Of a DNA stretch of 64,000 nt, positions 27,362 to 37,008 are shown one piece after another. The stretch's first letter is position 1; every line of letters begins with the position of its first letter. The position numbers and the translations under genes were made by a program. The stretch spans positions 64,001 to 128,000 of IMG/VR virus record IMGVR_UViG_3300024331_000007. One strand, 5' to 3'. A model generated the notes under the pieces. It had not been told where the DNA came from. It was given only the letters and a program-made list of their open reading frames with translations, and searched no databases. Origin of the DNA: a virus. Its lineage: Duplodnaviria > Caudoviricetes.

Positions 27362-28048
27362 ATGCCTATTTACTGCCAAGAATTTCTTGATCTAATCCAA
27401 TCTATTTCCTTTGATAACAAATATTTAAAATGGTATATAACTCTATGTGCCCAAGCGTCCTTGCGAGGATCAGATCGTTCTGTCATTAATCATAACATTG
27501 GATATGTCGAACAACATCACATTATTCCGAAATCTTTAAAAATTGTTAACGAAAAAGTTGATAAAAATTTAGTATACTTAACACCCAGAGAGCATTTTCT
27601 TTGTCATAGATTTTTAGCTAAGATGTTCAGTAATTCGTTATGGAAGAAGAAAATGAACGCTGCGGTTTTCATGATGTGTAATACTACTTACATGATTTCT
27701 AGTCGGCAATATGAATTTCTCAGATTCCAGCATTTCAAAACAAATATACCATCGATACATACTCGTAAGAAAATGGCAGCTAGTCTGAAAAACCTTATAT
27801 GGATTAAAAGAGAACAAACAAATGAATTTTTGCGAGTTTCATCGGAGAAAGCTCAGGAATTTTACAAACTAGGTTTTATTAAAGGCAGAAAACCTCGAAT
27901 CAATGCTCCAGTACATTCCATAGCAAATAGAAGAAAAATATCAATGTCCCATATACTACGAGTTAAAATTACTTGTGAATATTGTGGTTTGGTGTGTTCA
28001 AAACACATGCATACGAGATGGCATGGGAACAAATGTAAGGCTAAATAA
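27362..28048 (+). CDS. HNH homing endonuclease
   Basis: NKYLKWY...EQHHIIPKS...NLVYLTPREHFLCH; C-terminal CEYCG...RWHGNKCK. Confidence 0.85.
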   Translation: MPIYCQEFLDLIQSISFDNKYLKWYITLCAQASLRGSDRSVINHNIGYVEQHHIIPKSLKIVNEKVDKNLVYLTPREHFLCHRFLAKMFSNSLWKKKMNAAVFMMCNTTYMISSRQYEFLRFQHFKTNIPSIHTRKKMAASLKNLIWIKREQTNEFLRVSSEKAQEFYKLGFIKGRKPRINAPVHSIANRRKISMSHILRVKITCEYCGLVCSKHMHTRWHGNKCKAK

Positions 28049-28052
28049 CTAT

Positions 28053-29645
28053 ATGGGAAAAACGTTAGGCGAAACAGAACTAATTAAGCGTCCTCATAAA
28101 AAGACTGTTTACACAAAACAACAATTAGAAGAATTTCGTAAATGTGCAGACCCCGTAACTGGGCCATTTTACTTTTTAAGTAATTACTTCTATGTACAAC
28201 ATCCAAAACAGGGCAAGATGCTGTATAAGCCCTATTCCTATCAGATTCGTCTAATTGACGCTTATCACAACTTCAAAAGAATAGTGGCTATGATGCCCCG
28301 CCAGTGTGGGAAGACAGTTACCGCCGCTGGTTATCTTCTTTGGTCTTCCATGTTTAAAAGCGACCAAACTATTCTTATTGCTGCCCACAAGTTCTCAGGC
28401 GCATCAGAAATCATGAGCCGTATTAGATTTGGCTATGAAAATGTTCCTGATTTTATTCGTGCTGGTATCACAGAATACAATAAGCAAAGCATTGTATTTG
28501 ATAACGGGTCAAGAGTTATCGCACAAACCACAACAGAAACCACAGGTCGTGGTATGTCCATCTCCATCCTATATTCTGATGAGATGTCCTCAGTACGTCC
28601 AACGATTGCTCGTGAGTTCTGGACTTCCTGTTCTCTTACATTGAGCACAGGTGGTAAAGCAATTGTCACATCTACTCCAAACAATTCAGATGATCTTTTC
28701 GCAGACATCTGGCACAATGCCAACAAGACTGAGGATGAGTATGGAAATACTATTCCGAACGGACTTGGTTCTAATGGCTTTAAGGCCGTAACTGCAAAAT
28801 GGAGCGAACATCCCGAAAGAGATGATGCATGGGCAGATGAGCAGAGAGAATTGGTTGGAGATGAACGTTTCGCCAGAGAAATTCTGTGCGAGTTCATCAG
28901 CTTTGATGAAACTCTAATCAATCCATTCGTCCTGAATCAACTACAAGGAATTGATCCAATTGATAAGCAGGGGACTGTGCGCTGGTATGTTAAGCCCTCA
29001 AAGGGAAACATTTATCTGCTATCTCTTGATCCAAGTATCGGAACAGGCGGCGATCCCGCCGCAATTCAAGTATTTGAAGCCAAGAGCAATAGACAAGTTG
29101 CAGAATGGACTCATAACAAGACACCTATTGAAGCCCAAATAAAACTGCTCACCGATATTACCAAATATTTGGTTAGCGTCACTGAGAATAGTAGCAGTGT
29201 TTACTGGAGTATCGAAAACAATACCTTGGGCGAGGCTGCATTAGTTGAAATTCGACATGTTGGTGAAGAGAACATCCCCGGTATTTTCCTGAGCGAACCT
29301 ATAAAGATGGGTTCTGTTAGAAAATTTCGCAAGGGATTCAATACGACAAACTCCAACAAACTGAGTGCATGCGCCAAATTGAAGAATATGATTGAGCATA
29401 AGAAAATGCCAATCTACAGTCGAAAATTAATCAGCGAATTAAAGACCTTTGTCAGTGTTGAAAACACCTATCGCGCAAAGCCGGGTGAAACTGACGATTT
29501 GGTCACAGCCCTAATCACGTTGGTTCGTATGATGGAAGCTCTGAAGAACTACATCCCAGAATTGTCAGAAATTCGAGAGTTGAATGAGGATTCAAATATG
29601 CCTCTGCCGTTCAGCATGTCAACAAGCTCTAGCTCCTACTACTAA
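28053..29645 (+). CDS. terL: Terminase large subunit, T4 gp17-like (start revised to MGKTLG)
   Basis: PRQCGKT Walker A, GRG...ILYSDE Walker B, IVTSTPN, LSLDPSIG and DDLVTA nuclease motifs. Confidence 0.95.
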   Translation: MGKTLGETELIKRPHKKTVYTKQQLEEFRKCADPVTGPFYFLSNYFYVQHPKQGKMLYKPYSYQIRLIDAYHNFKRIVAMMPRQCGKTVTAAGYLLWSSMFKSDQTILIAAHKFSGASEIMSRIRFGYENVPDFIRAGITEYNKQSIVFDNGSRVIAQTTTETTGRGMSISILYSDEMSSVRPTIAREFWTSCSLTLSTGGKAIVTSTPNNSDDLFADIWHNANKTEDEYGNTIPNGLGSNGFKAVTAKWSEHPERDDAWADEQRELVGDERFAREILCEFISFDETLINPFVLNQLQGIDPIDKQGTVRWYVKPSKGNIYLLSLDPSIGTGGDPAAIQVFEAKSNRQVAEWTHNKTPIEAQIKLLTDITKYLVSVTENSSSVYWSIENNTLGEAALVEIRHVGEENIPGIFLSEPIKMGSVRKFRKGFNTTNSNKLSACAKLKNMIEHKKMPIYSRKLISELKTFVSVENTYRAKPGETDDLVTALITLVRMMEALKNYIPELSEIRELNEDSNMPLPFSMSTSSSSYY

Positions 29646-29653
29646 ATATAGAT

Positions 29654-31081
29654 ATGAGCCAACAATTCTTCTACGACGAAAATATTCGAAAATGGATGTA
29701 CCAAATTATCCGATTGTTTTCGGAGTTTACCGTACAATTCGGCCTTGATTCCAACGGAAACCAAATGTATAGCACCGTTCCTGTGATCTATGCCGATGCT
29801 ACTTTTTCTGCTGCCACTGTTGCCAAGTTGAATACAGAAAACACGATGGCAAATTTTCCAATGATCAGTATTTGGGTGTCGAATCTCAAATTTGAACGCG
29901 CCAATACATATACTCCAACCTTTGAAAATACGCTGGCAGTTCGTACCCGTCAATACGATGCTAATGTGGGAGCATATCTTCCTACACAGTCCAATGCTTA
30001 CACGGTAAAACGTTTTATCCCCGTCCCATACACCCTTCAGGTGAAAGTAGACATCGTAACCTCTAATACCCAACAAAAATGTCAAATTTTGGAACAGATT
30101 TTGCCTTTATTCAACCCCGCTTTGGAAATTCAGAAGGTTGATAATTATTTGGATTGGGAATCCCTCAGTTATTTGGAGTTGGATGACGTTACTTGGTCGA
30201 ATCGAAGCATTCCAGTTAATCAGGGAAGCGATAGCTCATACGATGTATGCACTCTCACATTCCATGCACCAATCTGGATGAGTTTGCCAGCCCGAGTAAG
30301 CAAGATGGGAGTTATTTTCAAGGTAATTGCAAATATCAACGGTGTTGCTGGACCAGATTTACAAGATATTATCTTCAATACGCGACAGGTTGTAACATAT
30401 AATAATTATGGTCTTCTTGTAAACAACGGCCAGATTCAGATTTATCAACAAACAAATTCAGTTAACGGATTAGCCCCAGACGTTCCTGATGCTTTTTGGG
30501 GTTTAACAACCGCCAACAGCACAGCAAATCTTGCGTCAGTATCCAGCAGTCCAGTATTTTATGGTCCTCCTTTGGAATGGACTGGAATCCTTGCGGCCTA
30601 TGGAAAGTTTAATAATGGCGTTTCAATGATTGGTTTATCGTATGATAACAGTCCAAATGAAATTTTGGGTACGATTACTGTAAATCCTATCGATCCGACA
30701 ATTTTGTTTTATAACGCCAATACTGCCACGCTGCCATCGAATACCCTTCCAGCCATTAACAGTGTTGTAAATCCGCAGGAAGTGGCACCCGGTATTGGTC
30801 TTGCAAATGCAACTATCGGTGATAGCTATTTGCTCACGGCAAACATAGGGACGATGTGGCCGTACAATAACGCCAACAGTAATGCATCGGCCAGTGTAAA
30901 TGACATCATTACCTATACTGGAAATTCTTGGGTAACTTCGTTTTCAGCATCCGAAAATGTCGGCAACATCGAGTTTGTCGAGGATAAGTCAACAAATCTT
31001 CAATACCAATGGAATGGAAATATTTGGATTAGAGGATGGAATGGACCGTATGATGCGGCTTCTTGGAGAATGATTATCTAA
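29654..31081 (+). CDS. Tail sheath stabilizer / tail completion protein, gp15-like
   Basis: FFYDENIR...VPVIY...PVPY...LEQILPLFNP. Confidence 0.8.
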   Translation: MSQQFFYDENIRKWMYQIIRLFSEFTVQFGLDSNGNQMYSTVPVIYADATFSAATVAKLNTENTMANFPMISIWVSNLKFERANTYTPTFENTLAVRTRQYDANVGAYLPTQSNAYTVKRFIPVPYTLQVKVDIVTSNTQQKCQILEQILPLFNPALEIQKVDNYLDWESLSYLELDDVTWSNRSIPVNQGSDSSYDVCTLTFHAPIWMSLPARVSKMGVIFKVIANINGVAGPDLQDIIFNTRQVVTYNNYGLLVNNGQIQIYQQTNSVNGLAPDVPDAFWGLTTANSTANLASVSSSPVFYGPPLEWTGILAAYGKFNNGVSMIGLSYDNSPNEILGTITVNPIDPTILFYNANTATLPSNTLPAINSVVNPQEVAPGIGLANATIGDSYLLTANIGTMWPYNNANSNASASVNDIITYTGNSWVTSFSASENVGNIEFVEDKSTNLQYQWNGNIWIRGWNGPYDAASWRMII

Positions 31082-31083
31082 AG

Positions 31084-31347
31084 TTATTCTGATTTTGGGT
31101 GGGATTTATCATCCAAAGATTTAGTGGCCCGAACAAACTTTCCACTATTTCTATTACGAATACTGCTTAGCAACCGCTTTTCAAGGTCTTCGGCGAGTTC
31201 CTGCCCATAATTTTCCTGTACGGTTTCAATCAGCTTGATTGCGCTTGCAATAATATGGGAGCCGCGAGCCTCAATAACGAGGGATGTGTCCTGCGAAGGG
31301 GCCAGTTCTACCAACTCTTCCAGCAATGTCTTTGTTTTGCTATTCAT
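31084..31347 (-). CDS. Hypothetical late protein (start revised to MNSKTK)
   Basis: ATAAATA-5 nt-ATG. Confidence 0.65.
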   Translation of the reverse strand: MNSKTKTLLEELVELAPSQDTSLVIEARGSHIIASAIKLIETVQENYGQELAEDLEKRLLSSIRNRNSGKFVRATKSLDDKSHPKSE

Positions 31348-31358
31348 GCAGGTATTTA

Positions 31359-32015
31359 TCATTCTTTAGATAGATTTTGATAATATAGCCTGACAGCCTT
31401 GCTCAGCTTTCGTTTAGTTTCTTCAGTCTGAGCTATTCCTTTGTTCCAAGGAACTCTTCCTTTAGTAGCCTCGGAAATTTTAGTTTTAGTATCTGTTGAG
31501 TGAGATATGCCTAAATTCCAAGGAGTTGAACCTGTCTTTGAGGTAGAAATTTTTTGTTTTGTATTTTCTGACAGTATTCTACCAGCCAATGATTTTGCTA
31601 GTTTATTTCTAGTTTCGGCTGAAACCATCTTACCTTTATGAGTTTTGCTGATCTTTCTTCTACCCTGTTCTGTTATTGGTTTTCTATATTTCACCGACTC
31701 TTGTATTTTTCGTCTAGTTTCAATGGAGGGATTTTTTAGACCTTCACCGCCATCTGTTCTATTTTGCAAACAGCCAGTTCCCAAATCTACACGTCCGAAT
31801 TTTGCAATCTGTTTAATCTCCTCAGTTAGTGCGTCGTTTTCGTTTAAATTAGTAGACAGAAATACAATGTTGGACTTATCTGAAAGTGGAGATACTCTAT
31901 GTTGATTACTAAATGCTCTGTTGCCTTTTCCCTTGCCTATATAATATGGAGTTCCAATATTACCATTGTTGCTATTCTTAGTTCGTAGATAAGCGTATAC
32001 ATAGAAGTCAGTCAT
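31359..32015 (-). CDS. GIY-YIG homing endonuclease with NUMOD3 repeats (start revised to MTDFYV)
   Basis: YVYAYLR...PYYIGKG...LQNRTDGGEG; ATAAATA-5 nt-ATG. Confidence 0.9.
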   Translation of the reverse strand: MTDFYVYAYLRTKNSNNGNIGTPYYIGKGKGNRAFSNQHRVSPLSDKSNIVFLSTNLNENDALTEEIKQIAKFGRVDLGTGCLQNRTDGGEGLKNPSIETRRKIQESVKYRKPITEQGRRKISKTHKGKMVSAETRNKLAKSLAGRILSENTKQKISTSKTGSTPWNLGISHSTDTKTKISEATKGRVPWNKGIAQTEETKRKLSKAVRLYYQNLSKE

Positions 32016-32029
32016 GTCGATATTTATGA

Positions 32030-32062
32030 AAAATGGCACACGATCAAATCGTGCGCCATTTT
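32030..32062. terminator. Terminator-like hairpin
   Basis: AAAATGGCACACGAT / ATCGTGCGCCATTTT. Confidence 0.65.
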
Positions 32063-32074
32063 GTAACTAAGTAA

Positions 32075-32292
32075 TTATTTTGACTTTCGAGCTTTGACTC
32101 TAATAGGTTCACCAATTACTGCTCCCCCTTCTTCTCGTTTGGTATAAAGAACTGCATCTCCTTTAGAATCGAACCATAAAATCCATTGTGGATTTTTGCA
32201 GCCGGTTCAATATATCCTATAGTTCCCATGCCATTTTTTTCATTTCCATATTCCCCAATTTTAACACCAGATTTTCCTATTCCTATTTGCAT
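32075..32292 (-). pseudogene. Small ORF apparently broken by a one-base indel in an A run
   Basis: Strong SD GAGGAG; frame 0 stops after 58 aa, the -1 frame continues NPQWILWFDSKGDAVLYTKREEGGAVIGEPIRVKARKSK. Confidence 0.4.
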
Positions 32293-32350
32293 TTTATTTC
32301 TCCTCTTTATGTAGTGGTCGTTGTTACTCTACACAAATATCAATATATCT

Positions 32351-32746
32351 TTAAAAACATCCGCCATCACTGTGTCTGTGGCGTCCCAATGCATAACTTT
32401 CAACATGCATGAAGAAATCCAGAACTACCTCTTTGTTGGTGAGCCATTGTTCAAGATCAGATTCCCACGTTGTCCACCCCAAATTATCAACCATTTCTTC
32501 GAGAAATTTCATTAAATCATAGGAATCAAAATGTCTGCATGATCTACTGAAGAATAGGAACGAGTCATTATGCTCGCATTTATGTAATCTCTGTAGAGCG
32601 GCACGAGCCTCGTTGATAACTTCTATACCTTTCTCAGAAGCATGCCAAACCTTTTCTCCGTCATAAAAACCAACAAGAGTGTCAATGGCCAATCTTGCAG
32701 TCAGCGCAATCCCCAAATAATCTGGACCTCTTCCACGAAAGCTCAT
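32351..32746 (-). CDS. Hypothetical protein
   Basis: ORF packed directly behind the ASCH gene. Confidence 0.6.
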   Translation of the reverse strand: MSFRGRGPDYLGIALTARLAIDTLVGFYDGEKVWHASEKGIEVINEARAALQRLHKCEHNDSFLFFSRSCRHFDSYDLMKFLEEMVDNLGWTTWESDLEQWLTNKEVVLDFFMHVESYALGRHRHSDGGCF

Positions 32747-32747
32747 A

Positions 32748-33059
32748 TTATACCAGATGAAAACGAACAACAGTTACTGGAGATTTTCCAGTAATGTCTG
32801 GGTAATGACGCATCATACCTTGGATAGCATCATCAACATCCTGAAATCCATCGTCCTGTAGAACCTCCAAAGGACAGGTTTCCAGAGTGTAATGCTTAAC
32901 TGATTCAACAACTGCTGGATATCCAGCAATCGTGATATTCTCTGTGAAGTCGCGATATCCCTTACGAAGGGTCACGCGCTTCGATCCATCAAGAATACCA
33001 TCGATTAAATCATCTGCTAAACGTAGCGTTGTTTCCTGTATCGGTCTTAATTCTGCCAT
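32748..33059 (-). CDS. ASCH domain protein
   Basis: ILDGSKRVTLR (GxKxxTxR motif). Confidence 0.7.
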   Translation of the reverse strand: MAELRPIQETTLRLADDLIDGILDGSKRVTLRKGYRDFTENITIAGYPAVVESVKHYTLETCPLEVLQDDGFQDVDDAIQGMMRHYPDITGKSPVTVVRFHLV

Positions 33060-33061
33060 AA

Positions 33062-33379
33062 TTACTCCAATAGCTTTGTAATTGCTTCTTCGATTTCGGT
33101 TTGGTCAACATATCCAACAATAGACTTGGCGAAATATCCGTTGTGAAAGAATAGCAATGCGGGAATACCTCGCACATCATAGTTTGACGGCGTAATAGGG
33201 TTGGTGTCAACATCCATCTTTGCAACCTTGACAGTTCCCTGATACTTGTTTGCAATGGCCTCTACTGTAGGGGCTATAGCTCTACAAGGACCGCACCAAG
33301 CGGCCCAAAAGTCCACCAATACCAATCCCTTTGCTTCCAATACCTCTTCCTTGAATGTTGCGTCAGTTAAATTCAGCAT
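33062..33379 (-). CDS. trxA: Thioredoxin
   Basis: VDFWAAWCGPC, VRGIP. Confidence 0.95.
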   Translation of the reverse strand: MLNLTDATFKEEVLEAKGLVLVDFWAAWCGPCRAIAPTVEAIANKYQGTVKVAKMDVDTNPITPSNYDVRGIPALLFFHNGYFAKSIVGYVDQTEIEEAITKLLE

Positions 33380-33388
33380 AATTACCTC

Positions 33389-33574
33389 TTATTCTTGCGC
33401 GTACCTAGTTGGATAATCGTATTGTGGATTCTGCATCTGGCATGCGGCATTATTTGTATTACTATGCACCCAAATTAATGAGTCTGTTTCATCTCCCGAA
33501 ACACAATTTCCGTCGGGATGTATTACATTTCCAGTTGGCGAAAGATATGCTTCAGGATGTATTACTTCCCCCAC
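33389..33574 (-). CDS. Small hypothetical protein
   Basis: 61 aa; internal repeat VIHPE / VIHPD. Confidence 0.5.
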   Translation of the reverse strand: MGEVIHPEAYLSPTGNVIHPDGNCVSGDETDSLIWVHSNTNNAACQMQNPQYDYPTRYAQE

Positions 33575-33602
33575 ATACTATACAAGTTGTCATAATGTCC
33601 TC

Positions 33603-34595
33603 TTAAAATCCTACCTTGTCTTGTTGTCCATCACCCTTGATTTTATGCTTCATTGTCTTGAGACGATCCAAAACAACATCATAGTCTTGGTCAAGGCAAC
33701 GAACTGCTGCTGTCATTTCGCGAAGGTGCGCAATGCTCAAGCCCTTAGTATCGGCAACCCATTTTTCAAGTTCTTCAATATCGCCGAGAATATGCTTGAG
33801 ATAAGTCTTGCGAGCTTCGGGAGAGGGCATATCAACCAAAATTCTTTCATCAAAACGGCTTGGACGATTAACAATACGTGCACCCAAACGATCAGGATAG
33901 TTGGTTGTGGCAAGCATAACGATTCTATCAACTTGATTCTCGCCATCCAGCAAAGCAAGCAAATCGTGCTCACCGAACTTCTCGATAATTTCGTCAATAT
34001 CTTCCATGATGCAGATAATGCGACGTTCTGGTTCAATACGACGCAATGCTTCTAATCCCATTGATGTGATCTTTGGGTGATCACACATAATAACAATGCC
34101 TCCGTTGTCCAACAAATACTTGTTGAGAAGCGTGATTGTGGCGGTTTTTCCGCTACCGGGAGGTCCAAATAAAAGGATACCTCTCTTGTATAGCAATCCG
34201 TGCTTACGATATCGTTCTTCCATGTCCCAAAATTTTGCCATTCCAGCCAATACCTTTTCGCTGGAACTATCAGGCAATTCCACCAACGAATCGGTGATTA
34301 CCTTGATCTTTTTGGCATAGAGTCCGTTGTCATCCCGATCAAACACATAAACACCGGGAGGAATTGATTCTCTGGTTACGCCAGCGGGACGAAATGTATC
34401 GTTCGCTCCTACTTGCCATTGGCGAAATTCAAAACTTGATTTACTTGATGCTGTGCACCCATCAATTTCATCCCAATCATTAGATGGGCTGGATAGGGTT
34501 TTCGCGTTCATTTCTCGTTGTCTGTCGCTGATTTCTGGTTCATTAACCAGCATATCGTTAAGAATCTCGTCGTCAGTTTTTCCATTTATCGTCAT
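33603..34595 (-). CDS. AAA+ ATPase
   Basis: GPPGSGKT, MEDID, TTNYP, RPSRFD. Confidence 0.9.
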   Translation of the reverse strand: MTINGKTDDEILNDMLVNEPEISDRQREMNAKTLSSPSNDWDEIDGCTASSKSSFEFRQWQVGANDTFRPAGVTRESIPPGVYVFDRDDNGLYAKKIKVITDSLVELPDSSSEKVLAGMAKFWDMEERYRKHGLLYKRGILLFGPPGSGKTATITLLNKYLLDNGGIVIMCDHPKITSMGLEALRRIEPERRIICIMEDIDEIIEKFGEHDLLALLDGENQVDRIVMLATTNYPDRLGARIVNRPSRFDERILVDMPSPEARKTYLKHILGDIEELEKWVADTKGLSIAHLREMTAAVRCLDQDYDVVLDRLKTMKHKIKGDGQQDKVGF

Positions 34596-34599
34596 AGTT

Positions 34600-35052
34600 T
34601 TATAGTGACACGTCTTCCATGCCAGCCGTGCGTAATCTTACTACATGGCCGATCATAAAGTTTTTGGATTCAAGTCCTTTTAGAATGCCCAAATATCGAT
34701 TTCGAAGCAGGGCTACTTCGTTTATTAAACATTCGTAATCAACCACTTCCTGTTCGCCATCTGTGTACTTTTCAGCATCGCGACTGGTTAGTGCTCTATT
34801 ATAGCCTTCCATATATTGCTGGAAATGTTTGCGGCGAATCTTACGAAGCTGAATGTTCATATAGTTCAGAATCGCTTCGATTTCCTGTAATTGATTAAAT
34901 CGGTGTTCAGTAACACCGGGAAGATCAGCTAAATTTTTCTCAACATTGCCACGAATAGCTATTTCCTTCTTTGCCAATTCGAGTTCATGTTCATAGTAAT
35001 TAATGAAGTTTGGTATCTCGCCGAGATTTGCTACGATTTTATTATAAAACAT
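34600..35052 (-). CDS. uvsY: Recombination mediator UvsY
   Basis: YNRALTSRDAEKYTDGE...LLRNRYLGILKGL...LRTAGMED; near uvsX. Confidence 0.8.
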   Translation of the reverse strand: MFYNKIVANLGEIPNFINYYEHELELAKKEIAIRGNVEKNLADLPGVTEHRFNQLQEIEAILNYMNIQLRKIRRKHFQQYMEGYNRALTSRDAEKYTDGEQEVVDYECLINEVALLRNRYLGILKGLESKNFMIGHVVRLRTAGMEDVSL

Positions 35053-35054
35053 GA

Positions 35055-35309
35055 TTAGTCTTCGTACTCGTTATTGAAGTTGTCTTCGCCGTCCGTAAAA
35101 GCATCTTCCTCTTCAGAAATAGCTGCATAAGCCTCACCCAAATCACTATCAAGGTCTGCAATAGCTGCTTGTTCTTCTTTGCTTAATACTGAGGAAAGAT
35201 AGCTGAAAAGTTGCTCAGCGGCGGAAGCCTGATCCCTGCGTGGAATATAATCCACAAGCAATTGCCAACATTCTGTTATGAGTTCTGGTGTTTCCTTTGT
35301 CATTTTCAA
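35055..35309 (-). CDS. Hypothetical acidic protein
   Basis: 84 aa between uvsY and uvsX region. Confidence 0.65.
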   Translation of the reverse strand: MKMTKETPELITECWQLLVDYIPRRDQASAAEQLFSYLSSVLSKEEQAAIADLDSDLGEAYAAISEEEDAFTDGEDNFNNEYED

Positions 35310-35399
35310 TACCTTTTATTAGATGTTTTCTGTGGTATGTAGATTCATTATAATCCAGTGGATGTTGCCTGTAAAGCCTTTTTCGATAAATACAGTATT

Positions 35400-36077
35400 A
35401 TGCTTCTTGACGAACTCAGCAGACCGAAAATTGGAAAAGATATTGAATCGACGGCCTTTGATTACTTCAATCAGAGAAAAACTGCCACGTCCAGTGAACA
35501 AGCTGAAGCTATGCAACTCGCCCTTCTAAAGAAGCTAAAAGTAATGGGCTGGAAGAAGATTGGTGAAGGCACTTACAGCTATGTATTCGAGAACAGCGAG
35601 AAACCATATATTCTGAAAGTCAATAAGCGAGAAGATAAGGGTTTCATGGCATATGCTGAACTAATCAAGAAAAGCCGAAATCCTCATTTTCCTAAAATCA
35701 GTGACCGAAAATCTTTGGAAGTCGAAGATGTTGACGGTTACCGTCGAATCTTTCAAGTCTATCTAATCGAAAAGCTACGTGTGATGCCTGCAAGAGAAGC
35801 AATTGATGTTTCGTATGATCTGGAAAGAATCGTTCTGTACCCATATCACACATTGGAGCAGGTATTCACAAACTCTGTTAGAGGAGCGGTTGGAAACATT
35901 GGTGGAAAAGTTCCAGATTATCTTCGTCGTAATCCTCTTTTAGTTACTGCCTGTCAAATTGTTGGCAGGCACATGAAAACTTTTGGCATGCGTTCCGATC
36001 TTCACGAAGAAAACATTATGGAACGCGCTGATGGAACAACTGTTATTACTGACCCTTATGCAACGATTGCAGGCTAA
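35400..36077 (+). CDS. Protein kinase-like (ePK/APH fold) protein 1 (start revised to MLLDEL)
   Basis: IGEGTYSYVF, YILKV, YLIEKL, DLHEENIM, VITDP; late promoter ATAAATA 35386-35392. Confidence 0.75.
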   Translation: MLLDELSRPKIGKDIESTAFDYFNQRKTATSSEQAEAMQLALLKKLKVMGWKKIGEGTYSYVFENSEKPYILKVNKREDKGFMAYAELIKKSRNPHFPKISDRKSLEVEDVDGYRRIFQVYLIEKLRVMPAREAIDVSYDLERIVLYPYHTLEQVFTNSVRGAVGNIGGKVPDYLRRNPLLVTACQIVGRHMKTFGMRSDLHEENIMERADGTTVITDPYATIAG

Positions 36078-36079
36078 CT

Positions 36080-36757
36080 ATGTTTCTGAATGAACTCACA
36101 AAATCGTATCCACTGGACCCGCAAGCTATAGATGCGGCTAAGACGTTTTACAAAAAGATACCTGATTTGCCAGTAAAAAATGGTAAGGTTGATGACGACG
36201 CCATTGACTATGAAGCGGATTTCGAGCTAGTTCGTAAAATGAAAGCACTCGGTTGGACTGAATCTCATACTGAGGGCTGGTACAGTACTGTATTTGTAAA
36301 ACCTTCCGAACCTTATGTTCTAAAAATTAATAAGCGTGTTGATCGTCCGTATGCTTGGTTTGCTCTGCTGGCTTCCAAATTTCCAAATGAACATTTTCCT
36401 AAAATTGGTAATGCAAAGATCATTAAAGTTCAAACAATGAATTATCGAATTTATGCAATTGAAAAGCTATCACCATTCCAAGACAAACTTGATGCCAAGT
36501 ATATTGCTGGATTTTGCAAATGGTCAGTTAAAACACAAGACGATCTGCAATATCAATTGAACTACGGTAAGCAAGTTGAAGAAAGTGTTGCTGGTTTGCG
36601 TGGTCAAACTGCTGGTCTAATTTCAGCATGTCAGATTCTCAAAAAATATGGAAGTGGTTTTCATATTGACATACACAGTAACAACATTATGCTTCGCGGC
36701 AGAACCAGTGTCATCACTGATCCATTCACACCTATTGAAGATGCTTTGGATAGTTAA
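36080..36757 (+). CDS. Protein kinase-like protein 2, tandem paralog
   Basis: EGWYSTVF, YVLKI, YAIEKL, DIHSNNIM, VITDP. Confidence 0.75.
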   Translation: MFLNELTKSYPLDPQAIDAAKTFYKKIPDLPVKNGKVDDDAIDYEADFELVRKMKALGWTESHTEGWYSTVFVKPSEPYVLKINKRVDRPYAWFALLASKFPNEHFPKIGNAKIIKVQTMNYRIYAIEKLSPFQDKLDAKYIAGFCKWSVKTQDDLQYQLNYGKQVEESVAGLRGQTAGLISACQILKKYGSGFHIDIHSNNIMLRGRTSVITDPFTPIEDALDS

Positions 36758-37008
36758 CGAACAAAGAACTTAGGTATTGAACCGTGATACCTACCGCTGA
36801 ATCCATACCTGTCTAACTTTGAAAAATTATCGGACTTGACGCTGTACAGTAATGTTATATTCCTTTCTGCAATTTCTAAAAGGTAGAAACATTTTGGATT
36901 TGGAATCCCAGCCCTCCAATTTTGGGTTAACTGTGCTCTGAAAATATGTCGATAGTTTCTCATAGTAATTGGAGGCGGCGGGAAGACTGTCCCGCCACAG
37001 GTTATTTG

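Noticed and set aside
27362-29645. Group I intron with HNH inside terL
   Set aside because: The HNH gene stops before terL, which has its own promoter and uninterrupted ATPase and nuclease motifs.
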